A stretch of 52,425 nt of DNA from Acidimicrobiales bacterium (GCA_051011575.1 JBPCTR010000230.1:1-52425), one strand, 5' to 3'. Counted from the stretch's first letter, positions 8,638-19,115 are shown. Numbers and translations: made by a program. Notes: a model not told the origin generated them from the sequence alone.

Positions 8638-9699
8638 ATGGCGAAGCCCGCAGATACTCGTAGCGAGAAGGCGACCCCCAAGAAGCGACGCGACGCGCGG
8701 CGCCGAGGCGAGGCTGCCCGATCCACAGAACTCCCCCAGTCGGTCACTCTGGTGGCGGCGATCGCAATCCTCACGCCGGTCCTCGCAGCGATGTGGGATC
8801 AGCTCCAGGCCGACACGATCGGCCTGATCCAGACCTCGGATCGATTGGACCCCAGCCTGATCGCCGCCGACGGCGCGCGCGCGATGTCGAACGCGGCGAT
8901 GACGTTGGTCCCGATGTTGGTATTGATCATCCTCGTGAGCGTTGCGGCACAGGTCGGTCTCGCTGGCCTTCCGAACCTCCACAAGCTCAAACCGAAGTTC
9001 GACAGCCTCAAGCCGCAGAACGGATTGAAAAAGATCTTCTCCCGCCAGCAGCTCTGGGAGCTCGGCCGCACCGTGCTCAAACTCTCGCTGCTCGGCGTCG
9101 TCGCGCTGCTGGTAGGCGATCGGCTGACGAGTTTCATCTCGCTCGGACCTGCACCACTCGCCGCGATCTTCGACGAGTGGCAGACGGTGCTCGAGGGTCT
9201 GGCGGTGGGTGTCGCCCTTCTCGGTCTCCTCATTGGATTCGCCGACACCGTCATCTCGAAGCGCAACTTTGAACGACAGCTCAAGATGAGCAAACAGGAG
9301 ATCAAGGACGAGATGAAACAGAGCGAAGGCGATCCGCTCATCCGCAGTCAGATCCGACAGGCACAGGCTCGCCTCTCCCGTACTCGGATGCTCGCGGCGG
9401 TCGCCGATGCAACCGTCGTGGTCACGAATCCGACACACCTCTCGGTCGCCCTTCGCTACGACGAGACCGATGACGCTCCGATCGTCGTGGCGAAGGGTGC
9501 AGACGAACTCGCCATGCGCATGCGCACCGAAGCGCGGCGCCACGGCGTACCGATTCGAGAGAACAAGCCGATCGCGCGTTCGCTGTTCGCCACAGCCAAT
9601 GTCGGCGATGAGATCCCGGTGGCGTTGTATCGCGCCGTTGCTCAGCTGCTCGCATCGATCCTGTCGGCCGGCTCTTCAACCATCGGAGCGCAGCGATGA
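8638..9699 (+). CDS. flhB: Export switch protein FlhB
   Basis: SEKATPKK, KMSKQEIKDEMKQSEGDP and the NPTH autocleavage motif. Confidence 0.97.
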   Translation: MAKPADTRSEKATPKKRRDARRRGEAARSTELPQSVTLVAAIAILTPVLAAMWDQLQADTIGLIQTSDRLDPSLIAADGARAMSNAAMTLVPMLVLIILVSVAAQVGLAGLPNLHKLKPKFDSLKPQNGLKKIFSRQQLWELGRTVLKLSLLGVVALLVGDRLTSFISLGPAPLAAIFDEWQTVLEGLAVGVALLGLLIGFADTVISKRNFERQLKMSKQEIKDEMKQSEGDPLIRSQIRQAQARLSRTRMLAAVADATVVVTNPTHLSVALRYDETDDAPIVVAKGADELAMRMRTEARRHGVPIRENKPIARSLFATANVGDEIPVALYRAVAQLLASILSAGSSTIGAQR

Positions 9700-11768
9700 C
9701 AGCACCCGTTCGTCCCGCAACCCGACTCGCCCAGCTGGGCATCCCATTTCTGATCGTCAGCATCGTCGTCGTGATGGTGGTGCCACTTCCCGCGGTGATG
9801 ATCGACCTGCTCATCTCGTTCAATCTCGGTGTCGCACTCGTGATCATGCTGACGTCGATGATCGTCAATGAACCGCTGCAGTTCTCGGTATTCCCGGCTC
9901 TGTTGCTCGTGACGACCCTGTTCCGTCTGGCGCTCAACATCTCGACGACACGGCTGATCCTGTCCGAGGGGCGCGGCGGTGCCGTCATCGAGACGTTCGG
10001 TGGCTTCGTTGTCGGCGGCAACATCGTCATCGGACTCGTGATCTTCCTCATACTCGTCGTGATTCAGTTCGCCGTGGTCACCACCGGCGCCGGGCGAGTC
10101 GCCGAGGTGTCGGCCCGATTCACCCTCGATGCGATGCCCGGAAAGCAAATGGCCATCGATGGCGAGCTGAATTCCGGATCGATTACCGAGGCCGAGGCCA
10201 CACGCCGACGTCGGCTCGTCGCCCAGGAAGCTGATTTCTATGGGTCCATGGACGGCGCATCAAAGTTCGTGAAGGGAGACGCGATCGCCTCGGTCGTGAT
10301 CGTGGTGATCAATCTCCTCGGTGGGATCGCGATCGGAGCCATTCAGCTCGGCTTGTCGATAAGCGACTCCGTCACCCGATTCGCACTCCTGTCCGTCGGC
10401 GATGGGCTCGTGTCGCAGATTCCGGCCCTCCTGATCTCGGTGGCGTCAGGCATCGTCGTCACTCGAGCGGTCAGCGACCATGATGGCGGACTCGGCAGCG
10501 ACCTCTGGACTCAACTGCTGCAGGACAAACGTGTTCTGGGCGTCGCGTCAGCGGCCATGCTTCTCGTGGCACTCATGCCAGGTATTCCGAAGATTCCGTT
10601 TCTCCTGATTGCAGCCGCGCTCGGCGCCGGCACCCTCCGACCCGAGTCGGAGCCCGTGGAAGGCGACGAGACGACAGGCGGACGCAACCTCACCCCGGCA
10701 GCGTCAGCGACTGCTGACGCCGAGGACCTCGCTCTCGACATTCGGGTCGAGCCACTCGAGATCGCGCTGGCGCCCGACCTCTTCGACCTCGTCGATCCCG
10801 ACCGAGGTGGCACGCTGCTCACTCGGGTGGCCTCGCTTCGGCGAAAGATCGCGCTCGACCTCGGCCTCATCATCCCGCTGGTTCGGACCCGCGACGAGGT
10901 GACCCTCCCCCGTTCGACCTATGTGATTCGGATGAACGGAGTCGAAGCCGGACGCGGTGAGCTTCCACTCGGCAAATCATTGGTCCTGGTTCCTGGCGAC
11001 GACCTCGCGCTACACGGAGAAGTCACCGTCGACCCGGTGTTCGGCCTCCCCGCTGCCTGGGTCTCGTCGGACATCGCAGAGATCCAGGAGCGTCAGGGGC
11101 GAACCGTGATCGACCGTCCGTCGGTCATGGTCACGCATCTCTCCGAGCTGGTTACATCGCGCGCCGATGAGCTTCTCAGCCGGCAATCGGTTCAGGAACT
11201 CGTCGAAGGGGTCGCTGCAACCGCACCTGCGGTTGCGAACGAGGTGGGTGGCGACGTACTCACGCTCGCCGAGCTCCATGATGTGCTCCGAGGCTTGCTG
11301 CGTGAACGGGTTCCGATCCGCGACCTCACTCGAATCCTCGAAGCGATCAGCGCTCGGGCGCGGACCTCACGCGATCCCGATGCGCTCCTCGAGGCGGCGC
11401 GTACGGCTCTCTCCAGCGTTCTGACCGCTCAGGTCTCCCCCGAGGGAATCCTGCGGCCGATCACGCTCGATCCACTGCTCGAACAGCGCCTCATCGAATC
11501 GGTTCGGGCCGGCGAGAACGGGAGTTTCCTGGCGGTCGAGCCCGGCATCACCGAGCAATTCCTCGCGTCCGCCGACGAGCAGATCCTCGCTGCAGAACGA
11601 CTCGGCCACGAGCCGATCATCGTGTGCAGCGCCAGTCTTCGCCAGGTCATCCGCAGGCTGCTCGCCGCGGGCCGACCCGGCCTGCGCGTGTTGTCTTTCG
11701 CCGAATTGACCGACGGACCCACCATCGAACCATTGGGAGTGATCAATGTCTCTACCGAGAACGTATGA
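9696..11768 (+). CDS. flhA: Flagellar export protein FlhA
   Basis: RVAEVSARFTLDAMPGKQMAID and DFYGSMDGASKFVKGDA. Confidence 0.98.
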   Translation: MTAPVRPATRLAQLGIPFLIVSIVVVMVVPLPAVMIDLLISFNLGVALVIMLTSMIVNEPLQFSVFPALLLVTTLFRLALNISTTRLILSEGRGGAVIETFGGFVVGGNIVIGLVIFLILVVIQFAVVTTGAGRVAEVSARFTLDAMPGKQMAIDGELNSGSITEAEATRRRRLVAQEADFYGSMDGASKFVKGDAIASVVIVVINLLGGIAIGAIQLGLSISDSVTRFALLSVGDGLVSQIPALLISVASGIVVTRAVSDHDGGLGSDLWTQLLQDKRVLGVASAAMLLVALMPGIPKIPFLLIAAALGAGTLRPESEPVEGDETTGGRNLTPAASATADAEDLALDIRVEPLEIALAPDLFDLVDPDRGGTLLTRVASLRRKIALDLGLIIPLVRTRDEVTLPRSTYVIRMNGVEAGRGELPLGKSLVLVPGDDLALHGEVTVDPVFGLPAAWVSSDIAEIQERQGRTVIDRPSVMVTHLSELVTSRADELLSRQSVQELVEGVAATAPAVANEVGGDVLTLAELHDVLRGLLRERVPIRDLTRILEAISARARTSRDPDALLEAARTALSSVLTAQVSPEGILRPITLDPLLEQRLIESVRAGENGSFLAVEPGITEQFLASADEQILAAERLGHEPIIVCSASLRQVIRRLLAAGRPGLRVLSFAELTDGPTIEPLGVINVSTENV

Positions 11769-12636
11769 GGGAACGACGATCGAGGACGCCCTGTTGGCGG
11801 CAGCCGCCGACCTGGGCGATGACCTCGAGATCGTCGACGCCTCGAAGGTTCGCATGGGCGGCATCTTCGGTTTCTTCGCACGCGAAGGATTCGTCGTGAC
11901 GGCCGAGCGACGAAGGAAACGCCGTTCGGCGGATGACGAGTCGTTCAACGACGTGCTCCTGTCGCTCGCCGACTCGGTCGCCGACCGCTACGAGGCACCC
12001 ACCATCGACCTCACGACGCGGGGCGAGGCCTCCCCGTCGACGCGGACACCGGCACTCGATGAGCACCCTGAAGCCGCGATGATCGACCTGACGAACACAG
12101 CTGCCAACGAGCACCCGGTTGAAACCGAATCCGGTTCATTCGGACTGATCGACCTCCGCGAACGGCGCCGAATCTCGGCACCCGCCGCGGTCGTACAGGA
12201 GTCACCGGCCATTCCGCCGCCCTCGCCGGCGCCGGCGCCGGTCGAAGCTGCCCCCGCCTTTCCGGTGGATCCACCCTTCAGCTTCGGCTCCGAACGGCCA
12301 TCCAAGCTGCGCTCCCAACTGAGCGGGCCGCAATGGAGTCTTATCTCGCTACGCGACCTCGGCGTTCCGAAGCCGACTCTCGACGCGCTCGCACACGCTG
12401 GGCCGAGCACCGACCTGGAATGGGTTCGGGCGTTGACACACGCCATCGACACCCAGATCGGATCGATGTCGGCCACGGGCACGCTACGCATGTCCGCCGA
12501 CGGTCACCCGGGTGCGGTTGAGCTCGTGAATGCCCTCGAAGGCGGCGTGCGGCCCGACGCGCTGGTGATCGATGGTGAGCGCATCGCTGCCACGGCCGAA
12601 CAGCTGGCCCTCTCGATCCGCGAGTGCCTCCGATGA
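11746..12636 (+). CDS. FlhF-like protein with N-terminal domain only (no SRP GTPase domain)
   Basis: N-term YEGTTIEDAL...LGDDLEIV...KVRMGGIFGFF resembles the FlhF N-terminus and the gene follows flhA; no Walker A motif. Confidence 0.65.
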   Translation: MSLPRTYEGTTIEDALLAAAADLGDDLEIVDASKVRMGGIFGFFAREGFVVTAERRRKRRSADDESFNDVLLSLADSVADRYEAPTIDLTTRGEASPSTRTPALDEHPEAAMIDLTNTAANEHPVETESGSFGLIDLRERRRISAPAAVVQESPAIPPPSPAPAPVEAAPAFPVDPPFSFGSERPSKLRSQLSGPQWSLISLRDLGVPKPTLDALAHAGPSTDLEWVRALTHAIDTQIGSMSATGTLRMSADGHPGAVELVNALEGGVRPDALVIDGERIAATAEQLALSIRECLR

Positions 12637-12869
12637 TCAGAGGAGCACTCAGCTTTGTGGGACTCATCATCATGGCCGTGCTGCTCCTGGGCGCGGTTCA
12701 GGGGCGTATGAGCATCGGTGACGTGGCGTCTCGGGGCGTTGTGATCGTCGTCGCCATCGCTGTCGTCGACAAGATCGTCGCGCCGGTTCTCAGCATGGGG
12801 ATCCAGGCGACGACACCGAAGAACGACAAGACGTTGCCCTTCGATGCGCCGATCGACCCCGGCGAATAA
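12633..12869 (+). CDS. Small two-TM membrane protein
   Basis: ATGA overlap with the previous stop; two hydrophobic segments. Confidence 0.7.
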   Translation: MIRGALSFVGLIIMAVLLLGAVQGRMSIGDVASRGVVIVVAIAVVDKIVAPVLSMGIQATTPKNDKTLPFDAPIDPGE

Positions 12870-12883
12870 TTCTCTCGACCCAC

Positions 12884-12911
12884 CTCAACTCGATCGGAGA
12901 TCGGTCGACAG
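12884..12911 (+). promoter_or_regulatory. Sigma28-like promoter of flgB operon (variant -10)
   Basis: CTCA-N16-GTCGACAG. Confidence 0.5.
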
Positions 12912-12975
12912 GATCACCACACCTGAGACATACGACCTGCTTGGCGGCTGGTCCTCGGGCACGGAAGGCAAGTGA

Positions 12976-12991
12976 CGTTCACGGACGAACG
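12976..12991 (+). promoter_or_regulatory. Putative CsrA-binding hairpin in flgB leader
   Basis: CGTTC-ACGGAC-GAACG: ANGGAN hexaloop on a 5-bp stem. Confidence 0.55.
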
Positions 12992-13049
12992 GCGGAGAGG
13001 AAGCGGAGACACCTGACGGTGTGTCGGTTTCCGACTGGCGGAGGCGGAG

Positions 13050-13400
13050 ATGAACGACTTGTTCACCGATACGACGACGTGGGCGCTCGAACACGCCCTC
13101 GACGCTGTCGCGGAACGACAGCGTGTCGCATCCCACAACATCGCGAATTCGGCGACGCCCGGCTTCCGTTCCAAACGCGTCGATTTCGAAAAGGAACTCG
13201 CCGGCGCTCTCCGGAACGACTCTCGACATGCGGCGATCCTCGTCCGAGCAGCGAACACGCCGGTCGGACTCAACAACAACGACGTCTCCCTCGAGGAGGA
13301 GTCGGCGATTCTGATGCGATCCGAGCTTCTGTACGAGGCGCTCGTCGCAGCCGAGAACTACAAACTCGGTCTGCTGCGCACGGCGATCGGTGGTTCGTGA
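13050..13400 (+). CDS. flgB: Basal-body rod protein FlgB
   Basis: RQRVASHNIANSATPGF and NNNDVSLEEE. Confidence 0.95.
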   Translation: MNDLFTDTTTWALEHALDAVAERQRVASHNIANSATPGFRSKRVDFEKELAGALRNDSRHAAILVRAANTPVGLNNNDVSLEEESAILMRSELLYEALVAAENYKLGLLRTAIGGS

Positions 13401-13804
13401 TGCCGCTGTTCCAGGCGCTCGACACCGCAGTGAGCGGCGCAACCATGACACGCATGTGGCTCGACGCGATCGCCGACAACGTCGCGAACATCAACACCAC
13501 ACGCCCACCCGACGAGGAGCCGTTTCGCGCCCGACAGGTCATCGCACAGTCGGTGACGGGGTCCGACGGAACCGGCCGCGGCGTACAGGTCCGCGAGATC
13601 ACTCTCAACGATCGTAACCCGAAGCTGATCTACGACCCGACCCACCCCCACGCCGACGAGTTCGGCATCGTGCAGATGCCCAACGTCGAACTCGATCAGG
13701 AGATGACGAACCTTCTGATCGCGAATCGCGTGTACGGCATGAATCTCGCGGTCATGGACCGTGCGGTCAACGCCTATCGATCCGCGCTGCAGATCGGGCG
13801 GTGA
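13400..13804 (+). CDS. flgC: Basal-body rod protein FlgC
   Basis: DNVANINTT and YDPTHPHAD...MPNV...EM; start overlaps the flgB stop. Confidence 0.96.
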   Translation: MPLFQALDTAVSGATMTRMWLDAIADNVANINTTRPPDEEPFRARQVIAQSVTGSDGTGRGVQVREITLNDRNPKLIYDPTHPHADEFGIVQMPNVELDQEMTNLLIANRVYGMNLAVMDRAVNAYRSALQIGR

Positions 13805-14097
13805 TGGCAGTGATCCCTCCAATCAGCTCGGGCATTGCGCCAATCACATCGGCTCCGGCACCGACGTCGACGGGAACACCTGCGATCGGCGGCAACTTTC
13901 TCGACGGCTTGAAAGAGGCGCTCGACTCGACCGGCGAAGCCAATGCTCTCGCCCAGGATCTGGCGACTGGAAATCTCAGCGACATTCACCGCTTCACGGC
14001 CACATCGGCCAAGGCGGGGCTTGCTCTCGAACTCACTGTGGCCGTTCGCGACCGGGCCCTCTCGGCATACCAGGAAGTCATGAGGATGCAGCTCTGA
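13801..14097 (+). CDS. fliE: Hook-basal body protein FliE
   Basis: VRDRALSAYQEVMRMQL C-terminus. Confidence 0.95.
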   Translation: MMAVIPPISSGIAPITSAPAPTSTGTPAIGGNFLDGLKEALDSTGEANALAQDLATGNLSDIHRFTATSAKAGLALELTVAVRDRALSAYQEVMRMQL

Positions 14098-14135
14098 TGC
14101 ACACGACCTCGACATCGACGGAAGGAATCTGAGGC

Positions 14136-15740
14136 ATGGAAGACGAACGGACGACGGGCGCTGCCCGTCTCCTCGAGCCGATCAGCTCGATGGCGCCACA
14201 TCAGATGGCGATATCGGCGCTCCTCGCGCTCGCCGCGATCGTCGGCAGCTTTGCGCTGTTCCAGTGGTCGACCGCGCCCGCATATCAGGCGTTTCTCGTC
14301 GGCGAAGAACCCTCGGTGGTATCCGACTCGATCACTGAGCTCGAGTCCGCTGGCATTCCCTATCGGGTGTCCGCTGGCGGCACGACGCTCGAGGTACCTC
14401 GTGATCAGCTCGCCGATGCTGAGGTCCGGCTGGCGGCCGCCGGCGTCAGCGGTTCGTCGGTAACCGGATACGAGCTGCTCGATGATCAGGGCTTCTCCAC
14501 ATCATCTTTTCAGCAGCGCATCAACTTTCAACGTGCACTCGAGGGTGAACTCACCCGAACGATCATGGAGATGGACCACGTCCTCGTGGCGAGCGTGCAC
14601 CTCTCCATCCCCGAGGACGAACTGTTCACCGACGATGAAGAGCCCCCGACCGCGGCCGTCGTGATCGATCCCGCCGGAACCATCGGACGCCAGGGTGTCG
14701 ATGGCATCGTGAGCGTCGTTTCATCCGCCGTCCCGGGAATGGCACCCGAAGGCGTGACGGTCACAGACACGTCGGGCCGTGTTCTCACCGACAACGGGTC
14801 AGCAGCTTCATCGAGCGGACTCGAGGCCCGACGGTCGCTCGAACAGCAGCTCGAGACGTCAGCGCAGACCATGTTGATCGCCGCGTTCGGACCTGAGAAT
14901 GCAATGGTTCGAGTGTCGGCTGAGCTCGATCTCGACGACAGCGAACGCGAAACAGTGACGTACAACCCTGAGTCGCAGATCGCGATCCGCGAGCAGATCA
15001 TTCAAGAGTCATATGTGGCAGATGGCGACGATGCCGCCGGCATCGTCGGCGTCACCGACGACATCAATACCGGGATCCCCGATCTCGAGGCGGGCGGGTC
15101 TGACTACACCCGCAACGAACAAACCTCGGAATACGGCATCGATCGGGTGCGAACGGTCGAACGAAATTCCTCGGGAGATGTGACCCGACTCTCGGTGGCC
15201 GTCGTAGTCAACGAATCGCTCGACCCCCAGCCCGATCTCGCCCAGGTGGCTCAGGTCGTGTCGGCAGCGGTCGGCTTGAACGAGGCGCGCGGCGACGTGA
15301 TCGCCGTCGAGGCGATTCCGTTCGACGAAGAGTTCGCGGCTGATATCGCTGAGTTCATACCCGAGCCGCCTGCGGCGGACCCGTTGGCACCGATCGCGCC
15401 GTACCTGGGAATTCTGAAGACGGCGTTCGCCGTGCTTCTCCTCGTGCTGGTCGTGCTCTCGCTGCGAAAGGGAACCAAGACCCTGACCGCGACGCTCAAG
15501 CCGGTCGCGGTCGATCTCACCGCAATCGAGGCTGCCGACGCGGAATCTTCGAGCAGTGGTGATGAGATCTCCAAATCCGGCGACTCCGACGCTTCGGAAA
15601 ACGAGGGCTCCGAGGAAGCGCTCGCCCTGGAGCGAGGCGCGGCGGCTGCTGACGACGTGATGCGGATCATCGATCAACAGCCGATCGAGGTAGCCAGCCT
15701 GCTTCGAAGCTGGGCGAACGACGCGGCGGTGAGTAACTGA
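14136..15740 (+). CDS. fliF: MS-ring protein FliF
   Basis: GYELLD, FQRALEGELTRTI, VHLSIP; two TM segments. Confidence 0.96.
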   Translation: MEDERTTGAARLLEPISSMAPHQMAISALLALAAIVGSFALFQWSTAPAYQAFLVGEEPSVVSDSITELESAGIPYRVSAGGTTLEVPRDQLADAEVRLAAAGVSGSSVTGYELLDDQGFSTSSFQQRINFQRALEGELTRTIMEMDHVLVASVHLSIPEDELFTDDEEPPTAAVVIDPAGTIGRQGVDGIVSVVSSAVPGMAPEGVTVTDTSGRVLTDNGSAASSSGLEARRSLEQQLETSAQTMLIAAFGPENAMVRVSAELDLDDSERETVTYNPESQIAIREQIIQESYVADGDDAAGIVGVTDDINTGIPDLEAGGSDYTRNEQTSEYGIDRVRTVERNSSGDVTRLSVAVVVNESLDPQPDLAQVAQVVSAAVGLNEARGDVIAVEAIPFDEEFAADIAEFIPEPPAADPLAPIAPYLGILKTAFAVLLLVLVVLSLRKGTKTLTATLKPVAVDLTAIEAADAESSSSGDEISKSGDSDASENEGSEEALALERGAAAADDVMRIIDQQPIEVASLLRSWANDAAVSN

Positions 15741-16750
15741 TGATGGCGACGATTGCCGACCCGGCAAAGCTCGATCAGCTCGCACGTGTTCTTGTCGCCA
15801 TCGGCGAGGACCGCGCCGCGGCCATTGTGCAGACCTTCCCGCCGGACTCCCTTCCCGCGATCGCGGAGGCGATGTCGCAGGTGCCCGAGCTCTCGGAGGA
15901 AGAGGTGGCCGAGGTCCTCGAGACCATGGTCGACGTCCTCAACACCCCTCCTACCCCGAGCGGTGACATGCGCTACGTGAACGACGTGATCGAGCGTGCG
16001 TTCGGCGCCGAAACCGCTGCCGACGTGCGCGAAGCGCTCGATCCGGCTCGAAGGCCCTTTGGATTCCTGTCGATCGGCGATCCGGCCATCGTCGCTCGAG
16101 CGATCAGCAAGGAGCCGATCGGCGTACTCGCCCTCGCCCTCGCATCCCTGGATTCCGGCGTGTCATCGAAGATTCTCAAGTACTTCGAACCGGATGCCCA
16201 GGCCGAGCTGCACATCCGGATCGCGACGATCTCCCCGGTCAGCGAACAGCTGCTACTCGACGTCGAATCCGACCTTCGAGCCCGTATAACGCCTCTCATT
16301 CAGCCCGATGGCGTAGAAGAGATCCCGGGGATGGAGGTCGTCGTCGACATTCTCGGACAGGCATCGAAGAAGCTCGAGAAGCGAATCCTCGACCAGATCG
16401 CCGAACGGGACGAGGACCTCGCCCTGAAGATCCGTGAAGCCTTGTTCGTCTTCGAGGACATCGCCGTGCTCGACAATCGGGCCATCCAGGAAATCCTGAA
16501 GGTCGTCGACACCAGCGACCTCTCGCTCGCGCTCTACCCCGCCGAGGAGGCGGTCCGAGAAAAGTTCATGTCGAATCTCTCGACCCGTGCCCGCGAAAAC
16601 CTCGCGGAGGAAATCGAGTTCCTTCGCAATCCTGCTGCCGGCGATATGCGTGCCGCTCAGAAGCGGATCGTGGCCGAAGTCCGAGCACTCGAGGAGTCGG
16701 GTGCGATCACCATCGATCGAGGGGGCGACGACGACGATGACGACGAATAG
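15740..16750 (+). CDS. fliG: Motor switch protein FliG
   Basis: PFGFL, LFVFEDI...DNRAIQEIL, NLSTRA, AQKRIV. Confidence 0.94.
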   Translation: MMATIADPAKLDQLARVLVAIGEDRAAAIVQTFPPDSLPAIAEAMSQVPELSEEEVAEVLETMVDVLNTPPTPSGDMRYVNDVIERAFGAETAADVREALDPARRPFGFLSIGDPAIVARAISKEPIGVLALALASLDSGVSSKILKYFEPDAQAELHIRIATISPVSEQLLLDVESDLRARITPLIQPDGVEEIPGMEVVVDILGQASKKLEKRILDQIAERDEDLALKIREALFVFEDIAVLDNRAIQEILKVVDTSDLSLALYPAEEAVREKFMSNLSTRARENLAEEIEFLRNPAAGDMRAAQKRIVAEVRALEESGAITIDRGGDDDDDDE

Positions 16751-17381
16751 ACCCCGCGTCCTCAAGGCGGCCGACGTCGCATCTGTCGCAGATCTCACCG
16801 TCGACTTGCGGCCGTTCGCGGCCTACGCCAACGGCGACGCGACTGGCGAACCCGCAACGCTGGCTCACGGAAATGGCGACCACGGCCGAACGATCGACCT
16901 CGCTGAGGTCGAACAACGTTGCGCCGATGCCCATGCGCGCGGCTTGGCCGAGGGGTCCGATCAGCTGCGCGACGCGCTCGAGACGACCCGAGGCTCGCTC
17001 GATCAGCTGCTCGAGGCGCGACCTGACGCACTTGTCGCCGCCATGCGCGCCGACACACGGGACGTTGTCGACGCGGCGATCGCGCTGGCTCGATGGGTGC
17101 TGGCGAAGGAACTCGCCGACCCCGACACCCTGTGGGAAATGGTGCAGCGCGCGTTGCTCCACGCGGAGTCACCGACTCCCCTGCGGATCCAGGTTCAGCC
17201 CGACGTTGCCAGCGTGCTGCGCGATCTCGTCGGACCCGACATCACCGTCGTTGCCGACGGGAACCTCACCTCTGGCGAGTTCGTTTGTCGGACCGACGGA
17301 CCAACGATCAGCTTCCGGGTCGAGGAAGCGCTGGCGCTGGCTTCGACCGCACTCGAAGGAGATGACGATGGCACTCGCTGA
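16737..17381 (+). CDS. fliH: Flagellar assembly protein FliH
   Basis: Between fliG and fliI; AHARGLAEG (AxxxGxxxG) pattern. Confidence 0.8.
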   Translation: MTTNRPRVLKAADVASVADLTVDLRPFAAYANGDATGEPATLAHGNGDHGRTIDLAEVEQRCADAHARGLAEGSDQLRDALETTRGSLDQLLEARPDALVAAMRADTRDVVDAAIALARWVLAKELADPDTLWEMVQRALLHAESPTPLRIQVQPDVASVLRDLVGPDITVVADGNLTSGEFVCRTDGPTISFRVEEALALASTALEGDDDGTR

Positions 17382-18696
17382 GCTACTCGATGACGTATCG
17401 CCGTTTCGCGTCAGCGGCCAGGTGACCGGAATTTCGGGCCTGGAGATCACTGTGCAGGGCCTGGACGCTGCGGTCGGCACGGTCGTCCACGTCGGAACGG
17501 AGCGCACCCCGGCCGAGGTCGTGGCGATTCGACACAACCAGTGTGTGACGATGGCGCTCACCGAGGTTCAGGGAATCGCTCCCGGCGATCCCGTCGATGC
17601 GGGAACGCCGCTGCGCCTCGAGGTTGGCGATTCGCTTCGCGGCCGGACTCTGGACGCGCTCGGGCGACCCATAGATGGACTCGGGCCGATCGGCGGACCG
17701 ACCGAACGAATCCCGCTCGAGTCGAAGGTGCCCGGCCCACTCACTCGCCAGCGCATCTCGGATCCCCTTGGACTCGGCGTGAGAGCGATCGACGCCCTTT
17801 TGCCCTGCGGACGCGGCCAGCGCGTCGGAATCTTCGCCGGCAGTGGGGTCGGGAAGAGCTCCCTCCTCGGCATGATGGCGCGCGGCACCCAAGCCGACGT
17901 GGTGGTCGTCGGGCTGATCGGTGAACGGGGCCGCGAGGTTCGCGAATTCATCGAGGACGATCTCGGTCCTGCCGGGATGCAAAACGCAGTCGTGATCGCG
18001 GCGACCTCGGACGAACCAGCACCGGTTCGACTCAGAGCAGCATTCACCGCTACTCGGGTCGCCGAATGGTTCGCGTCGCACGGGCTCGACGTTCTACTCC
18101 TCATGGACTCGGTGACCCGGGTCGCGATGGCACAACGGGAGGTCGGTCTCACGGCGGGAGAACCGCCAACGACCCGTGGTTACCCGCCGTCGGTGTTCGC
18201 CATGCTCCCCAGGCTCCTCGAACGTGCCGGACCACTCGCCACCGGATCGATCACAGGCGTGTACACCGTGCTCGTCGAAGGTGACGACCTCAGTGAGCCC
18301 GTAACCGATCACGTGCGGTCGATTCTCGACGGGCACGTCGTGCTCAGCCGAGATCTCGCAGCGGCGGGCCACTTCCCGACAATCGATGTCCTCAACAGCG
18401 TGAGCAGGCTCGCCAGCCGCGTGGCCACTCCCTCACATCTGACCGATGCGACGGCGGTGCGCCGACTCCTGCTGGAATGGGAGAGCGGTCGGGACCTCGT
18501 CGAACTCGGTGCCTATCACGGCGGCACGAACCCCGAGCTGGACGCGTTTCTCACCCTGCGGAGCCCGATCGAGTCTTTCTTGCGACAGAACATCGACGAG
18601 GTCATCGAGCGGGATCGGTCGATGGGCGAGCTGACTGCGCTCAGCGATGCGATCAGGTCCCTCGGTGCCGCGGGCGGAGTGGAGACGGCGTCATGA
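17368..18696 (+). CDS. fliI: Flagellar export ATPase FliI
   Basis: Walker A GSGVGKS, GERGREV, DSVTR, GYPPSVF; AAGGAG RBS. Confidence 0.97.
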   Translation: MALAELLDDVSPFRVSGQVTGISGLEITVQGLDAAVGTVVHVGTERTPAEVVAIRHNQCVTMALTEVQGIAPGDPVDAGTPLRLEVGDSLRGRTLDALGRPIDGLGPIGGPTERIPLESKVPGPLTRQRISDPLGLGVRAIDALLPCGRGQRVGIFAGSGVGKSSLLGMMARGTQADVVVVGLIGERGREVREFIEDDLGPAGMQNAVVIAATSDEPAPVRLRAAFTATRVAEWFASHGLDVLLLMDSVTRVAMAQREVGLTAGEPPTTRGYPPSVFAMLPRLLERAGPLATGSITGVYTVLVEGDDLSEPVTDHVRSILDGHVVLSRDLAAAGHFPTIDVLNSVSRLASRVATPSHLTDATAVRRLLLEWESGRDLVELGAYHGGTNPELDAFLTLRSPIESFLRQNIDEVIERDRSMGELTALSDAIRSLGAAGGVETAS

Positions 18697-19115
18697 AGAA
18701 GAATTCTCGAATTCACGCCGTCATTCGACTTTCCCGACATCGGGAGCGTGCAGCGAAGGCAAAACACGCGGACAACCTGCGTCGGCTCGAGGAAGCCCGT
18801 TCGCAGTTCGTCGATGCGCAACATCGTGCATCCGTCGAAGACATGCGAGCCGACTCGCTCGATGAGCTTCACCGTCATCGGATGCGGAAGGCGCTGGCTG
18901 CGCAGGTCGCGCTGGGTCACGAGTCCGATGTTCGGGATCAGGTCGAACAAGCCGTCATCGCCCAGAACGAGCTCCACGCGGCGATGCGGTACAAGCGCAC
19001 GGTCGAACGTATCGAAGATCGGCACCGCAAGGCATGGGCCGTCCTCGCGACCCAGGCCGCCGACCGAGCGATCGACGACATCGCCATCGCCGGCTGGAAA
19101 CGGAGGCAGTCATGA
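18693..19115 (+). CDS. fliJ: Flagellar export protein FliJ
   Basis: 140 aa coiled-coil protein after fliI (ATGA overlap) with C-terminal IDDIA. Confidence 0.8.
   Translation: MKKNSRIHAVIRLSRHRERAAKAKHADNLRRLEEARSQFVDAQHRASVEDMRADSLDELHRHRMRKALAAQVALGHESDVRDQVEQAVIAQNELHAAMRYKRTVERIEDRHRKAWAVLATQAADRAIDDIAIAGWKRRQS

Noticed and set aside
5688-13049. c-di-GMP riboswitch in the fliO, flhB or flgB leaders
   Set aside because: The leaders are structured, but I could not match class I or class II consensus elements by eye; an Rfam scan would settle it.
4539-19111. Long N-terminal extensions in the ORF track for fliM, fliO, flgC, fliH, fliI, fliJ and SLT-FliK
   Set aside because: They overlap upstream genes; RBS, promoter or stop-start overlap evidence supports the shorter starts used here.
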